The notes beneath the pieces were generated by a model. That model had not been told where the DNA came from. It saw nothing but the letters and a program-made list of their open reading frames with translations, and did no database searches. Shown here one piece after another: positions 14,297 through 26,263 of a stretch of DNA of 64,000 bases; position 1 is the stretch's first letter; every line of letters begins with the position of its first letter. This stretch comes from Ramazzottius varieornatus (lineage: Eukaryota; Animalia; Tardigrada): NCBI GenBank assembly GCA_001949185.1, contig BDGG01000003.1, positions 4,833,092-4,897,091 on the forward strand. Direction: 5' to 3'. The translations under genes and the position numbers were made by a program.

Positions 14297-15763
14297 ATGA
14301 CTTCCCTCTCTGCCAAACTACAGAACGCGGCAGCTTCCCTCAACCATTCGTCCGGCGGGACAATGGAAATCTCCAAGAACCGCAAGTCCTACACGTTGGA
14401 GTTCAAGCGTCAAGTCATCAACTTTTACCACGCGCACGCTGGCAACATCTCCCTGGCGGCCAAGATGTTTGGTGTGGATCGCAAGATGGTGCGTAACTGG
14501 GTGGAGAACGAGGACTTCTTCCGTCGACAAACCGAAGACGGAATGCAAGAGCCCATGCCTCTCGTTGCAGCGGCTCCTTCTCAACCCACCAAAGCTCCTC
14601 CACCACAGCGCAAACGTCTCGAGCGCAACTTTGCGTCGGGAAGTGCAGCGCGGTATCCAGAGCTGGAGCGCTCGCTGGCTGAATGGTGGACTGTCCAGCT
14701 GTCTCACGGTCAGAATATCAAAGCCAAGGCCTTGAAGACTCACGCGCTTCTACTTTTCCATCAGTTGTACCCCAACTCCAGCGACCAAGACTTCAAAGCT
14801 TCCACCGGATGGCTTCAACGTTTTGTCGCTCGTATGGAAGCTGGAGGAACCAGCCCGATGGGAGACAACCAAAGTGAAACTAATGCTCAGCAACTTTTTT
14901 CAGGTAACGAATGGTCCGAAACAAAAGCGAACTCGGCAAACATACTGTACAAGATTGTTTCCCCACAGTTGCGCGCGTTCGTAGTGTAATTGACTAAAAA
15001 CGTGCGCCACTCCAAACGATCTTGTCGAGCTTCACGAGGTTGCGCACTGTTGCGGTGTTTAAGACTGGGAGTGTGCGCTGCTTAGAAAAACGATCTGACC
15101 GAATTCGGTTGTTTTCACAAGTGGCGCACATCAGGAGTGATATTGGTTGGAAAAAGTGCGGCACTTTGAACAGCGATGCTGTCGAGTTTGCTTGCCTGCG
15201 TTCCGGTTCGGGTTTCTGAAGAAGTTCAGGTTGGCATGTGTTTGTTTCCTACTGTAGGTCGAAGTAATGCCTTCAACGGTGGTAACGTCAACATTCCGAG
15301 CTCACTAGACCAAGGAGATAATAACGCGGCAGCTATGAACCCGTTGATGTACTGGGCAGCTCAACAACAAGGAAACCTCGGCATGCTGTTCAGCCAGAAC
15401 CAGATGCAGCAGAACGCAATCAAAGAACCGCTGAAAGCAGCACCCGGAAGTAAGAAGCGAACTGCGGCGGATCTCGTGCCAATTTATCCCAAGACTTCTT
15501 CTCAACCAAGCTCCAGTAATCTCTTTCAACCCAGCCCATCGCACCAGTCTCAGTCGTCCTTCGATGGTCCTGCAAGTTCGAAGAGGAACAGAACCTATTT
15601 CGAGACTCCACAGACGTCGGAGGAGAATGAAGAACCACCGGCTGTGAAATACGTCGCAATGTCTCAACAAGATCGCGCTGTTATCGAACAGCAAAAGCAG
15701 GAAGTTGAGAGATTCTTCCAAGACTGCCGAGACTTTCTAATTTATTTAGACAAAATTCAGTAA
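14297..15763 (+). CDS. pogo/Tigger-derived DNA-binding protein (Brinker/psq-like HTH plus CENP-B HTH), no DDE domain
   Basis: Exons 14297-14903 and 15258-15763 (phase 1 intron). N-terminal HTH RKSYTLEFKRQVINFY...AAKMFGVDRKMVRNWV; CENP-B/Tc5 HTH ARYPELERSLAEW...FKASTGWLQRFVAR. The C-terminus is Q/S-rich low complexity with a short terminal helix. Confidence 0.85.
14930..15200. repeat. Palindromic N25 element, 3 modules (intron of the CENP-B-like gene)
   Basis: Left end AACTCGGCAAAC; three GCGCAC..GTGCG modules. Confidence 0.8.
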
Positions 15764-16070
15764 CTACTGTACTTTCCCCCAAAAGATTCCCATGACACAA
15801 AACAATTACTCTAGCTGACATCCAGATGAATTTTTCGTCAAAAAGTTGATTTCATGTATGGACTAAAATGAAATCCGATGAGAGAAAAAGTTTCTCGCTT
15901 GCAAAACACAAACAAGAATTAGTCTCTGAATCTCCAAATTTTCGTAACGAACCTAACGATCAAAGCTATAACCGCGAAGAAAATTTGACAACATGGAAGA
16001 ACAAGCGGTTAGTTTTCCATACAGAGGATGAGCTTTAAAAAGCACATGTCGATGGTGAAACAGTAAAACC

Positions 16071-17907
16071 CTAGGCCGAAATGGCTTCTTGTACTCCATT
16101 AGTCGACGCTCCGTTCTGGACTACGTTGCTAGAATAGTCGTACTTGCCCACCTGACTGTGGTCTCCCGTACGTTCAACTTTATACTTGCCTTCATACCAT
16201 GTGACGTACTCGAGAACCTTGTCGATGCCCAAGAGGGTCGGGTTCGTTAGGAGGTGCTTGTACAGGACGCCACGAAGGACGTGGAGCGCTTGGGCGTCGC
16301 TGTAGTAATGCAGGGTGACTGGATCACGATACTTGGCTGGCCTGCCTGTGATTATACAGTAGTGTGGTTCGGGAAGTTTGGGCTTGGGTGTTTCGGGAAA
16401 GTACTGACGGAAGAGTTCTTCGTCAGAGAAAGCCATGAGGTTGCGCGAATATTTGTCGCCAGGCTGGTGAATGAAGCTTTCGAGGTCTTCCTCCAACAGA
16501 CTAAAAACGGAACAACAGTTCATCACTTGGAACTTGGACAAAAAACCCGGCAAGATCTGTTTTGCGTAGTGGTGCACACTTTCAGCTTACACCACCCGAA
16601 AAACGCGCCACTTGGGGAAATAATCTGACTCGGCAAGATCGGCTTTCCAAGTGGCGCATACTTCTTGTCTATATTAGTCATAGCGTGCGCCACTTGTGGA
16701 AACGATCTGGTCGAGTTTATTTGCCGAGTTCTCACTGGGTTAATTTTAGGTATAGGATTACTCGTCTTACCTATCATCGTGCGATCTCGGGTAAGGCATG
16801 GACTGTGTTGTGGAGATGAAGCATGAGACGAACGGGCCTTTCGTGACCTTGATCTTCCTGGATTTCTTTTTCTCGTTTTCCTCTTCGTCGCGTGCATGCC
16901 TTTCTGCGAACCAACGCATACACTGATTCACGGCGATCGATCAACAATAGGGATTCATTTATTCAAAATCGCACAAAGAACCGTACCCAGATCAGCCTTA
17001 TTTTTCTTTTCTGTCTGGATACTCTTCTGGACCCTTTCAGCTTGGGACGGTATTCGGTGCTTGATCTTCTTCCGAGGTCCGATTTCTTGCCTCCTCTGCT
17101 CCCGAAGCGACTCCATTTCTTCCGTTTCGAAACGCTTGGCTGCGGTACTGTCCCGAATGCTTCGACCTGTTGGAAGAACAGCAAGAGCGAAGTTGACTGT
17201 CGTAAGCGCAACACCCAACAAGAGCTGCGCACGACGTCATATGCTAAAGCACGAGCAACGCGCGCAGCCAACAGTATCATGCGCAAGCTCACGTGAAAAT
17301 AATACAATATTGTTATGGTCATCTCAGCAACTTACTTGATGGCGTTACAGACGCTTTCTTTTTCTTCTGAGACCCAAACTCCGTAACGGAGAACCCATCT
17401 CTACTATCTTCGCCGTTCCCGGAGCTCGTAGACGGAGTAGGGGGCTCGCCGTCCAGATCGTCCTCCTCATTGTATTCATCCTCTGAAGCAGGCAGACTTG
17501 GCTCTTCAGTAGTTTTCTGCTTCTTTGCCCTGCTACCTTTCTGTCGAGTGGTCGAAGATTTTTGCTTGAATGCGGCGAATGGACCTTTTGTGGGTCTTTT
17601 GCGCTTGCGTCGTCCTTCCTCATCATCACCTTGCCCTTCTTGGATGTCGTCTTCCAAATGTTCCTCCTCTTCGCTGAAGTCAATGTCTGATCCGCTGTCG
17701 GATGCTTGGTCCTCTCCAAAGTCATCATCGTTAGCTTCCTATAAACCAGCACATACGTCACTCTCGGGATATCATAAACAGGTGAACGGATATTACCTCG
17801 GTAAAGCCACCATAAAGTGTACTGTAGGCTTCTTCTTCGTGGAAATCTTTGATGAGGCCAGGCATCAGCGCACCTGCATTGGCTCTGCGAGAACGTGAAG
17901 CGGCCAT
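16071..17907 (-). CDS. VPS72: VPS72/YL1, H2A.Z chaperone subunit of SWR1/SRCAP-p400, multi-exon
   Basis: N-terminus MAASRSRRANAGALM...YSTLYGGFTE, an acidic DSDIDFSEEEE region, and C-terminal YL1_C motif CIITGRPAKYRDPVTLHYYS. Confidence 0.9.
16540..16732. repeat. Palindromic N25 element, 2 modules (VPS72 intron)
   Basis: CAAGTGGCGCAT-N25-GTGCGCCACTTG; right end TTTGCCGAGTTC. Confidence 0.85.
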
Positions 17908-18037
17908 AGTAGCGCTCTTTCCCAATCACCGCGGGTACTTTTTCTCCCAGTGACACAGAACTTCCAAGACGAAGATGTGGACGAATGGTAAACAGAACTT
18001 ACAGAAGCTCAAGAGTCGATCCAAGACGGAATGGAAG

Positions 18038-18461
18038 TAGAGCACTGGGCCGCAGGTCCAAAAGTACGCTGTAACTGTGCTGCGCACATTACCAGGGCGC
18101 TGTATGCTGCGCTGTGCTGCACAACTTTCATGCTCAGTCGCTAAGCAGTTGTGCTGCAGATGCACGTTGACCTGGTGCAACTGTGCGGTACGCCGATGTA
18201 TTGACGCGGTTTGTAATTCGATCGGCGAAATCGGTAGTCAACCTGGAGAACGTTGCCCTAAAGTACGGCAAAGGTGAGACCGCAGACGTTCGAATGCTCA
18301 AAAACTGTAATTTTTTTAGGTTTCGGTAGGTGCATCTGCGCGGTAGTCTATGGCTTTCTGCTGTATGCTGTACTGTGCCGCACAAATTTCGTCAGTTTAC
18401 GCGCCGTAGCACAGCACAGCTGAAGCGCAGTACAGCACACGCGGCCAGATTCCGTGCTCTA
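18038..18461. mobile_element. Degenerate MITE-like element with GCTGTGCTGC-type subterminal repeats
   Basis: Ends TAGAGCAC..GGCCGC and GCGGCC..GTGCTCTA; CTGTGCTGC repeats on the left mirrored by GCACAGCACAG on the right. Confidence 0.5.
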
Positions 18462-18544
18462 ACGCAAACAGCAAACACGAACAAACGAGAACGAACGGCA
18501 GTTACGAACCGGAAAATTGAACATCTTTAGCGAAAGGTGGTCCA

Positions 18545-18606
18545 TAATGACGTCAAGTTTAGACAGCCAATGGCCACAAAAATGACGTAAAGTTCACGTC
18601 ACGTGC
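18545..18606. promoter_or_regulatory. Cluster of CRE/CCAAT/E-box motifs in the divergent VPS72-NDUFAF8 promoter
   Basis: TGACGTCA (18548-18555), CCAAT, TGACGTAA and GTCACGTG (18598-18605) between head-to-head genes. Confidence 0.45.
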
Positions 18607-18874
18607 TTCGTCCCTTTTGAAAGGAGCTTCCGAACTCAAACTGAGTTTCAAGCTGAGTTTTTCTTAAGTGTCTCTTTGGCTGGTTTCATTTTTGTACAAG
18701 GTGTGCAGTTTTTTGCAAAAACTGTTTTGATCCTCCACGTCCATTTCGAGTTTCTGTCTCTCGTCAGTCGTCTATCCTTAGCAAAGTCTTGAACCACTGT
18801 CTGTCATATCGAACTGGGATAACCGGGAACGAGGAGGTCTGCGTCATCGAGCTGCGTGTGTTCCAGAAGTCATC

Positions 18875-19072
18875 ATGTCGTCCTCCGTCGAGCGCGCAAG
18901 GAGAAAGATGCACCAGTTTCCGGTCGCCTTCGCCAAGTGTACTGAGCACTCTGTTGTCTACGCAAGATGCATATCTTCAACTGAACATCCCGAGAAGGGC
19001 CAATGTCAAAAAGAATTTGCTTTTTTTAAGAACTGTTTCCAGAAAGCCATGTCGGAATCCTTGAGCAAGTGA
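18875..19072 (+). CDS. NDUFAF8: Twin CX9C mitochondrial complex I assembly factor (NDUFAF8-like)
   Basis: 65 aa; RARRKMHQFP-x-AFAKC-x9-C...C-x9-C with CQKEF..FKNCF matches the NDUFAF8 pattern. Confidence 0.8.
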   Translation: MSSSVERARRKMHQFPVAFAKCTEHSVVYARCISSTEHPEKGQCQKEFAFFKNCFQKAMSESLSK

Positions 19073-19359
19073 GTCTGGAGTGACAGATTCTATAGGAGAC
19101 ACGGAAGATAATTCTTTTTTTCCAGTACAAATTGTCGATTATACCATTTTGGCCATAGAAGGCCATTATGGAATGACATTTTAGCAAGCAAGTAAAGAAG
19201 ATAGAGCTTCCGGTTGAAGCGTGCGAACTGCGAAGAAAATAAATATCTCACATACGACGATCAAAACGGTCCTTTTCCGAAACAAATCTAGAGAAACATC
19301 AACATACTGAACTGCAGTGAAAAGTCCTCTGCTGAAAAACAAGATAAAACCTAGACAGG

Positions 19360-19905
19360 TCAGTCTTCCCCGACAGGTAAAGCATCTTCCAGACGCTTGT
19401 TGAACTTCACTCGAAGTTCAGTGGCAGAATCTGCAAGTAAAAACTCTCGCGCAATATTAATTGTCACATCAATCTGCACCATCTCACAGCCGCCTCTTAT
19501 AGCCCCACAAAGCACGCGAGAATATTGAAGAGGTCGGAGATGATCAGGAAATTCAACAAAGTCCCCAATGGGGTTCGTTTGCTCCCATGTGAGGGAGAAT
19601 TCGTTGCCAGCTGGAGACCAATTCCCGACGCTGGGCTGCATGCCCAGGTAGAAACGAAAGGCCTGCTGAATGCGCTCGGCTGTCTGGCGGAAGTCCAAGC
19701 AGCGGGGAATGTTGTGATGAGCAATGAAGTCCTCCACGAGACGGACTCCGATGTTGTAGCCCAGCTTGTCCAGCTGCTTGTTGACATCTTCGGGACGTTC
19801 GTAATCCTTCACGATCTGCGCAACCAAGGCGCCGTAGGTCAGCTTGATCAGGTCCGCGTTCACCTTGCTCGCATCTAGTAATGGAGCCTTCCCTTTTGAC
19901 GACAT
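19360..19905 (-). CDS. TRAPPC3: TRAPP complex subunit 3 (Bet3), intronless CDS
   Basis: LTYGALVAQIVKDYE.PEDVNKQLDKLGYNIGVRLVEDF...FVEFPD..LQYS.VLCGAIRG. Confidence 0.96.
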   Translation of the reverse strand: MSSKGKAPLLDASKVNADLIKLTYGALVAQIVKDYERPEDVNKQLDKLGYNIGVRLVEDFIAHHNIPRCLDFRQTAERIQQAFRFYLGMQPSVGNWSPAGNEFSLTWEQTNPIGDFVEFPDHLRPLQYSRVLCGAIRGGCEMVQIDVTINIAREFLLADSATELRVKFNKRLEDALPVGED

Positions 19906-20323
19906 CTTGGGTGTAGACGCTTCGATCGGGAAAAACAGCAGCGCGCGCTAGTTTGATGAGAGGAACTTCTGCCAAAACTCAAACTTAACAGGCAGAAAAT
20001 TAATCCGAATTTCCAAATCACCGATCTTCAGCAATCAATTCAATCAACCGACAAGAAACAATACGTCTTGCAGCTTCGCTAGCTTGAAGAAACTGAAGCC
20101 ATATGCGCCTCGCACCGCGTTGTTACAATATCTCAAAATTTAATTATCAATTTGAGAAAATTCAGATTCAAATTTTCAAATCAGTTTCCATCAGATTCAG
20201 ATTTCAGAACAGTTTCTCAGGGAAATCCACGCGCTCTCTTTGTGGTTTCGAGTTTCGTCTGGCGATTGCGTTCTCCGTGTTCCCAGCTAGTCGAGCGGAG
20301 TCGGGCCAGTCGGTGGACGAACA

Positions 20324-21580
20324 ATGCCCAAGAGGACGAATAAGAAAGCCGATAGAGGGACTTTGATCAAAAGATCGAAGAGTGGAGGAAAGCAAACGGG
20401 TACAGAAGGTGAGATGGGGGATGCAGGAAGCCCGTATGGACTGAGCGAGCTGTTCCAGCGTATTCCTGCTCTCGTCCTGGGGGAGATTTTCGACTTCTTG
20501 GATGCGGGACAAGCCACGAGGCTGGGCAGGTACGTACAGGACGACTAACTTTACCTCTACTTTGACCATCTCGCTCGCTTCCTGAACCAGAAATCAGAAG
20601 CATCAATGATCCTTCATTTTGCAGTGCGATCCCTGAATAGAAGCCAATATTGACACGGAACGTGAAGCGCAATAATGGGATCATGTTTCTGGAGAATCCG
20701 ACTGAAAGGGTCGCTATTTTCTGCTTGAACGATAGTCTGAGCCCTCAGACTCTTACCCATGTGTGGTCAAAACATTTTCTGTGGCTTTTGGACATTATCA
20801 AGCATTTCGTCCTGGTCGGAAAGATCTCTTCTTTTTCGTTCTTTCGTAACAGTGATTCTTGGTCCAAAAAGTTGATGTATGCCCGGAACTATTTCGACTC
20901 TGACGATGACTGGAGCGACATTGCGGGAAGTTCACTCACTTCCGTCAGTATCTTCCAGTGTTCCCTCAAGTTTTATGGCATCTACGCAGGCGTTCTGATC
21001 CACCAGTGCGCTTTTTGGCAAGCGTACTTGCAGCAGAATAGAAGATCAGCAAGGCTCGCTCCTTCGTACACGTCGGTTCACTACTATCTCGATTGGGACC
21101 TGACAATTAACCTGCCGTCACTGACTGTACAAGAGGGGGAATGCCGAAGGTAATCACGGAGCCGATGTCCAGAGGTATCTGGACAAACAGAATCTCATTT
21201 GGCCCCATCCTCAAGAACAGACGTCTTGGCTGCTGAGATCGTTGGCGAACTTGGACGCGATAACATTGGAAGCGGTGAAGGACGCGGACAGTGCTTGGCA
21301 AGTGCGCAGGTTAGTTTTGACCCTATTAGAACCAAGCACCTAAAGTCGCTTCTTTCCCTTGCAAGAATATGTGGTAAAAAACGGCAAGATTCATCAGTTT
21401 GAAGACCATCTACCCAAGCTCGGTTCGACCACAACAGCCACCAGCAATGCCCGGGAACTCAACTCTATCGATCTGGCTTTCTTCGGACGGGTCGTCGCTG
21501 CCTTGCACAAACTCATGGCCATTCCAGGCTTCGCGCCTCCTCTTTACCCCTTTCCTGACGATCTCGTGCGACGCCAGTGA
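20324..21580 (+). pseudogene. Disabled F-box-like gene, paralog of the gene at 60182-61621
   Basis: Same exon structure as the paralog. In-frame TAG at 20638-20640 where the paralog has TGG; +1 frameshift in the G5 run 21135-21139; third-exon acceptor near 21364 appears lost. Homology persists throughout (LFQRIPALVLGEIFDFLD; SLANLD...EAVKDAD; DLAFFGR...PFPDD). Confidence 0.75.
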
Positions 21581-21589
21581 GGATGCCGG

Positions 21590-21765
21590 CACTGACTCTA
21601 CAAATACGCCACTTTCAAAACTACTAATCGACATGGTGAACAAATTCTACGTTCGACAAATAAATTCGCCCAGATTTCTAACTCAAGTAGCGCATGTTTT
21701 CATTGTTGTTAGCTGGAAGAGTGCGCTACTTGGGGGAACGAACTGCGTGGGTTCAGTTGTCGACG
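21590..21765. repeat. Palindromic N25 element, degenerate (downstream of the pseudogene)
   Basis: CAAGTAGCGCAT..GTGCGCTACTTG. Confidence 0.7.
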
Positions 21766-22280
21766 TTTCATACTATGTTTCTTTCACTTTACTGTGAACT
21801 ATTTTCTCGATATCATCGGGTTATGCCGTTTCTCTTCATCTGACATCAAGTACGGGGAGCGTGGTATCGTTGTTTAATGATACATGCGTAGTGAACAACA
21901 ACCATTTCTGGATCGAGGGAAAATCGAAATTCATTGTAAAATAAATAGTTCAAACGCAACAGGTTTACGCCCGTTCAAATCCATGCTGAAAGCCTAAAAC
22001 AATGATGTAAAGACAAGAGACGAATTATCGCAAGAAAGCTTTCCCAACAGTATCCCTTCACTACCGAGTCACACCAAATTCTGGACCAAGCTTCTCGTAC
22101 GAGGTATGTCAACGTCAGAAACAAAAAGCTACAACAGCGACAAATATAAATATTTCCCTATCGATGTGAAATGGACAGTCTAAAAAATGCAGTGGAATTT
22201 TGCCAAGCAAGTCAGGTGGTAGGAAAAAAATGGAACGGTCAGACAACTCCGAAAATGTACAAAAGCAAATTCAGAAAGCT

Positions 22281-25200
22281 TCAAAAAATAAATTCTGGAC
22301 CAGCCATGTCGATCGCCCAATTGAACTTGGATCTTTGCGTCTTGTTGTACACCTTCTCGATGGGCACGTTGTACTTTTTGCACCTGGAAGAAACCCACCA
22401 AGATAAAAAACCTGTTTCATTCCAATCATAAAAACTAACCAAACATAAAGTCATTAGCGAACTCGGCAAACTTGGAGGGATCGATTCTCTAAGTGGCGCA
22501 CATCTTCAGCCTGTAATCCCGGGAGCGTGCGCCACTTCGGAAAACCAATCAAACTCGACCAGACCGCTACTGAAGTGGCGCACGCTCCCAGCCAATAATA
22601 CTGAAACGGTGGGCCGCTAAAGAAGACAGGCTTGCGGAGTAAGTTACCCATCCCCAGCCATCCAAAAAATGCACTCAAAAAGTAATGCATAAGATTCAGA
22701 CTTCTTCTCCAAGTGCATTTCGAATTATTTTCCTTACCAAGCCACGCTGATTCGAGGATCCAAGTAGTTCAACTTAGACGTTCCCAGAGCGATGGTCTTG
22801 TTTTCTTCCCTGTCGACCGCGGCAATCTCCACCTTATGGAGGGCTTCTTTGGCCTTAGCGATCTTGCTGTTGATCTTCTCCTCTTCCTTCTTGTTGCCCT
22901 TGGCTTTCTTCTTCTCGGCCTTCAGTGCCTTTATCAGGTCCTTCTTCTCGTCAATCTTCTTCTGGGCATTCTCCATCTGCTTCTCAAAGCCCTTCGGCGT
23001 ACTCCGTTGATGGTTACAGAGAATCGCCACTGCACGGTTTGCGCGGTTATACGACAACATCAAACCTTGCACCGTATCTTTCGCTACAAGAAGAAAGCCA
23101 AAAATTACGAAGAATAATCGCATAAAATAAATTCAATTTTCAGAAAACAATTCCCAGGAAGATACTCTTCTTACGATTCGTCAGTTTCTCCAGTTGCTCC
23201 TGTAAAGTGAAACTAGCGTTGTAGGTACGAAAGACTTTGGCCGTTAAGCCTTCCATGAGTTCGGAGAGGTGCTTGTTGAGGTCGGTTGTCTAAAAGAAAG
23301 AAATGCTGAAGCTGGAAATTTGAGAATAGTTTTCTGGACATGATTTTCTTACGTTAAGGCGGTCAAAGACATCGTCTTCAGGGGACTTCTTGGCCAAGAA
23401 GAGTTTAAGGTTCTTAAAGACGCGCTTCTCCACTTCGACACTGTTAAGGTAGCGGATGCTGTCTTTACCCAGAAAGTCAAAGTCCACCACGTACTTCTTG
23501 TCGTCCACTTGATCGTGCAGTTTAATGTGCTCGACGCGGAGGGAACAGCAACCCACCGTATCGGCAGTCTCACCTTCCTCCTTCTCGTTACCCGCTCTCA
23601 GGGCAAGCTACAGAATAGACTCCCATCAAGACAGTTCCCAAATCCAAATTGGGAGCCCGGCAAACAAACTCGACAAGATTGTCTCCTCAACTGGCTTAAG
23701 TTACCGTGTTACAGACCGAAAGGGTGCGCCACTTGGAGAAAAACAATCTTGTGATTTTTGACTTTTGTTTTCAAGTGGCGCACATTTACAGTATCTTCGG
23801 CTGGAACAGTACGGCACTTGGAAGAAAGATCCTGTCAAGTTTTTTTGCCGAAGCACCATATGAAATCAAGATCTCATCTTTATCGACCTTCATTCTAAAA
23901 ATCAAATATAGATATACTTTGAAGGAGAAGTCTGTCGAAAATGTTCGGAGAGGGTTACTACCTTGTCGATAAAGTACAGTGCGACGGCGCGTTGCCGTAC
24001 TTTCATCTCCTTGGACTTCATGTCGCTCTTGTAAGTCTCACGAATCTTGTGGATCTTCGATTTGAGTTTCCTGGCCATCTCGTACTTCTTCCAGTCCTTC
24101 TCGCCCTTCAGCTTACTACTGGGGTTCAACATGATGTACTTGACCGAACCCAGAATGTTGTCTGTCCAGCAAGCCAACCACGTAACCTACAACAGCAACG
24201 TTTTCCTCTTCATCCAAATTTACACCACCTTCAGCAAGCTCCAATTGAAAATTCGGTTCAGTTAAGTAAAAGCTTTCACGAGTCTTTGCGTCTGTGTTCA
24301 ACATGCTAAAGCATCATAACCAAATTCCCACGAAATGCAAGCTCGGCAAACGAAGACTTAGGAAGTCGAACAGATTGTTATTCCAAGTGGCGCACGTCTT
24401 CAATGCCATTAGGTAGAAGCGTGCGCCGCTTGAAAAGAATGATCTCGTCGAGTTTGTTCAAGTGGCGCATGTTCTCGGTGCTACTGACTGGAAAAGTGCG
24501 GCCCTTCGCAAAACATTCGTTGAGTGGTTTGCCGAGTTCCCAAATTATCTCAAGGGGAAAGAGTGAAGGAATTTCTTACCTTGTTATCGTGGCGGACTTC
24601 CTTCCATTTGTGTCCAGCTGGCGGCCTGGGTGCCACGTCCTTGGAGCTGCAGTTGATGATGACGTCTTCGGGGAGCACTCGGCGTTTCAAGCAGCCCATC
24701 TTGGGGTGTTCACCGCGACCGCGGAAGAGTCCGGGAGGTTCAATGCGGTAGTTGCCCACCTTCTCCTTGTGGTTGTCGATCATGCAGAAACCGTACTCTT
24801 TCGTCAGCGCCTCATTCTTCTCCTTCTCTTTCTGCAAAACAAGGAGAAAAAACCATAAAAAAATCCTCCAAGCCGCTTCCAATCCAAGACAAACGCGTTT
24901 TTCAAGTGGCGCACACTATTGGTCAATAATACAGAGATTTTGCGTCACCTGAGAAAACAATCACACCCGACAAGCTTGTCTCAGCAAGTGACGCATGATT
25001 TTGGTTATTTACACCGAAAACGTTCGCTACTAGAGAAAACAGTCTTGTTGATTCGATCTGCCGACTGCCGAGCACCCAAAAGGAGTAATATTTTACCTGT
25101 TTTTCTTCTTTCGTTCTCTGCTTCTTCAACTCTGACTGCTCCTTAAAGTAAGTATGCATCTGAGTGAAATCGCACTTCTTCAAGTCTGTTATCGTATTTC

Positions 25201-26263
25201 TTTCTTCAGCAGTCATAACCTGATGGAAACAAACAATCGAGATTAGAAACTGGAAATTTCTCTGCAGAGACAATGAATCTAACCTTTCTCCAATCTTTGA
25301 AGAAATTCTTGTTGAAAACATCTTTCGTTGTATAGTCATGATCCAGCATCTTCGCGTAGAACGTCGCGACTTCTTCGGCACGTTCCGAAAGCGGCATACT
25401 CTGACCTTTAAAGAACAAAAAACATCAGAGCCGATCGCAAAAAAATAACCTAAGCATAATAAGTCGTCGAAAGTCGCAGTTCAGTTGGAAAAATACTTCA
25501 CCAGTGTAGTGTCTGTGTTCAACATGCTAAAGCATCATGACATGATTCAGACGGGGTTGAAACAAAAACTAGAGTGGAAGAGAGACCCACCGTCGTATTT
25601 GAACTTGATGGATTTGAGTAGAGGAACGTAGTCGGGAGCAAAGATGGGTCCTTTATGCGCCAGTGTCTTCCACTTGATATCACTATCCCGTCCTTCTTCT
25701 TCCCACCACTTCCACACCTCGACTTCCTCCTCCTGCTTCTTCTTTCGAGGTGAACCCGCACCACTCTTCTGTGACGAGCCTTTCTGTGAAGAGTGGGAGG
25801 GTTTCTTTTTGTCAGTGGCTTTCTCCTTGTCCTTTTTGGCCGTTCCATTCTTGGCCTTCGTAGCAGACTCTTTCTCCTTCGTTGCTTTAGCGTTCGACGC
25901 AGGGGCTTTCTTCTTCTTGGCCGGCTTTGAGTCTTCGTAGTCACTGTCATCGTCAGTATCGTCACCCCGCTTCTTCTTCTTCTTCTTGGAACCCGAACCG
26001 TTGGTGGCTTTTTTCGAGGAGGACGGTGGCGGAGACGGCGAACGCTCGTCTTCGGATTTCACCTCCGCCTTGACTTTACTCGTGCCATTCTGCAGATGCT
26101 TCTTCTTGTCTTCGTTAGACAAGAGCAGTAACGTTTCGGCTGCTTCGCCGTCTTGTCTGGAGTTCTTGGAGGAGGACGCCTTGCTGCTACTTCCGGTTGA
26201 GCGCAGAGGACTCATACTCGGCTCGTCCTTGATTTCTTCCTTCACTTTCGGTGGCGAACTCAT
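22281..26263 (-). CDS. TOP1: DNA topoisomerase I (type IB), multi-exon
   Basis: [19 protein letters not shown]; [19 protein letters not shown]; [10 protein letters not shown]; [11 protein letters not shown]; [10 protein letters not shown]; catalytic [13 protein letters not shown]. Start ATG at 26263 is inferred; upstream non-coding exons are likely. Confidence 0.96.
22458..22643. repeat. Palindromic N25 element, 2 modules (TOP1 last intron)
   Basis: GAACTCGGCAAAC; AAGTGGCGCAC-N25-GTGCGCCACTT. Confidence 0.85.
23649..23855. repeat. Palindromic N25 element, 2 modules (TOP1 intron)
   Basis: TTGGGAGCCCGGCAAAC..CTCGACAAGAT; CAAGTGGCGCAC. Confidence 0.8.
24340..24543. repeat. Palindromic N25 element, 2 modules (TOP1 intron)
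   Basis: Ends GCTCGGCAAAC and GTTTGCCGAGTTCCCAA; two CAAGTGGCGCA. Confidence 0.88.
24870..25080. repeat. Palindromic N25 element, 2 modules (TOP1 intron)
   Basis: CAAGTGGCGCAC..TGCGTCACCTG; CAAGTGACGCAT..; right end TGCCGAGCACCC. Confidence 0.75.
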
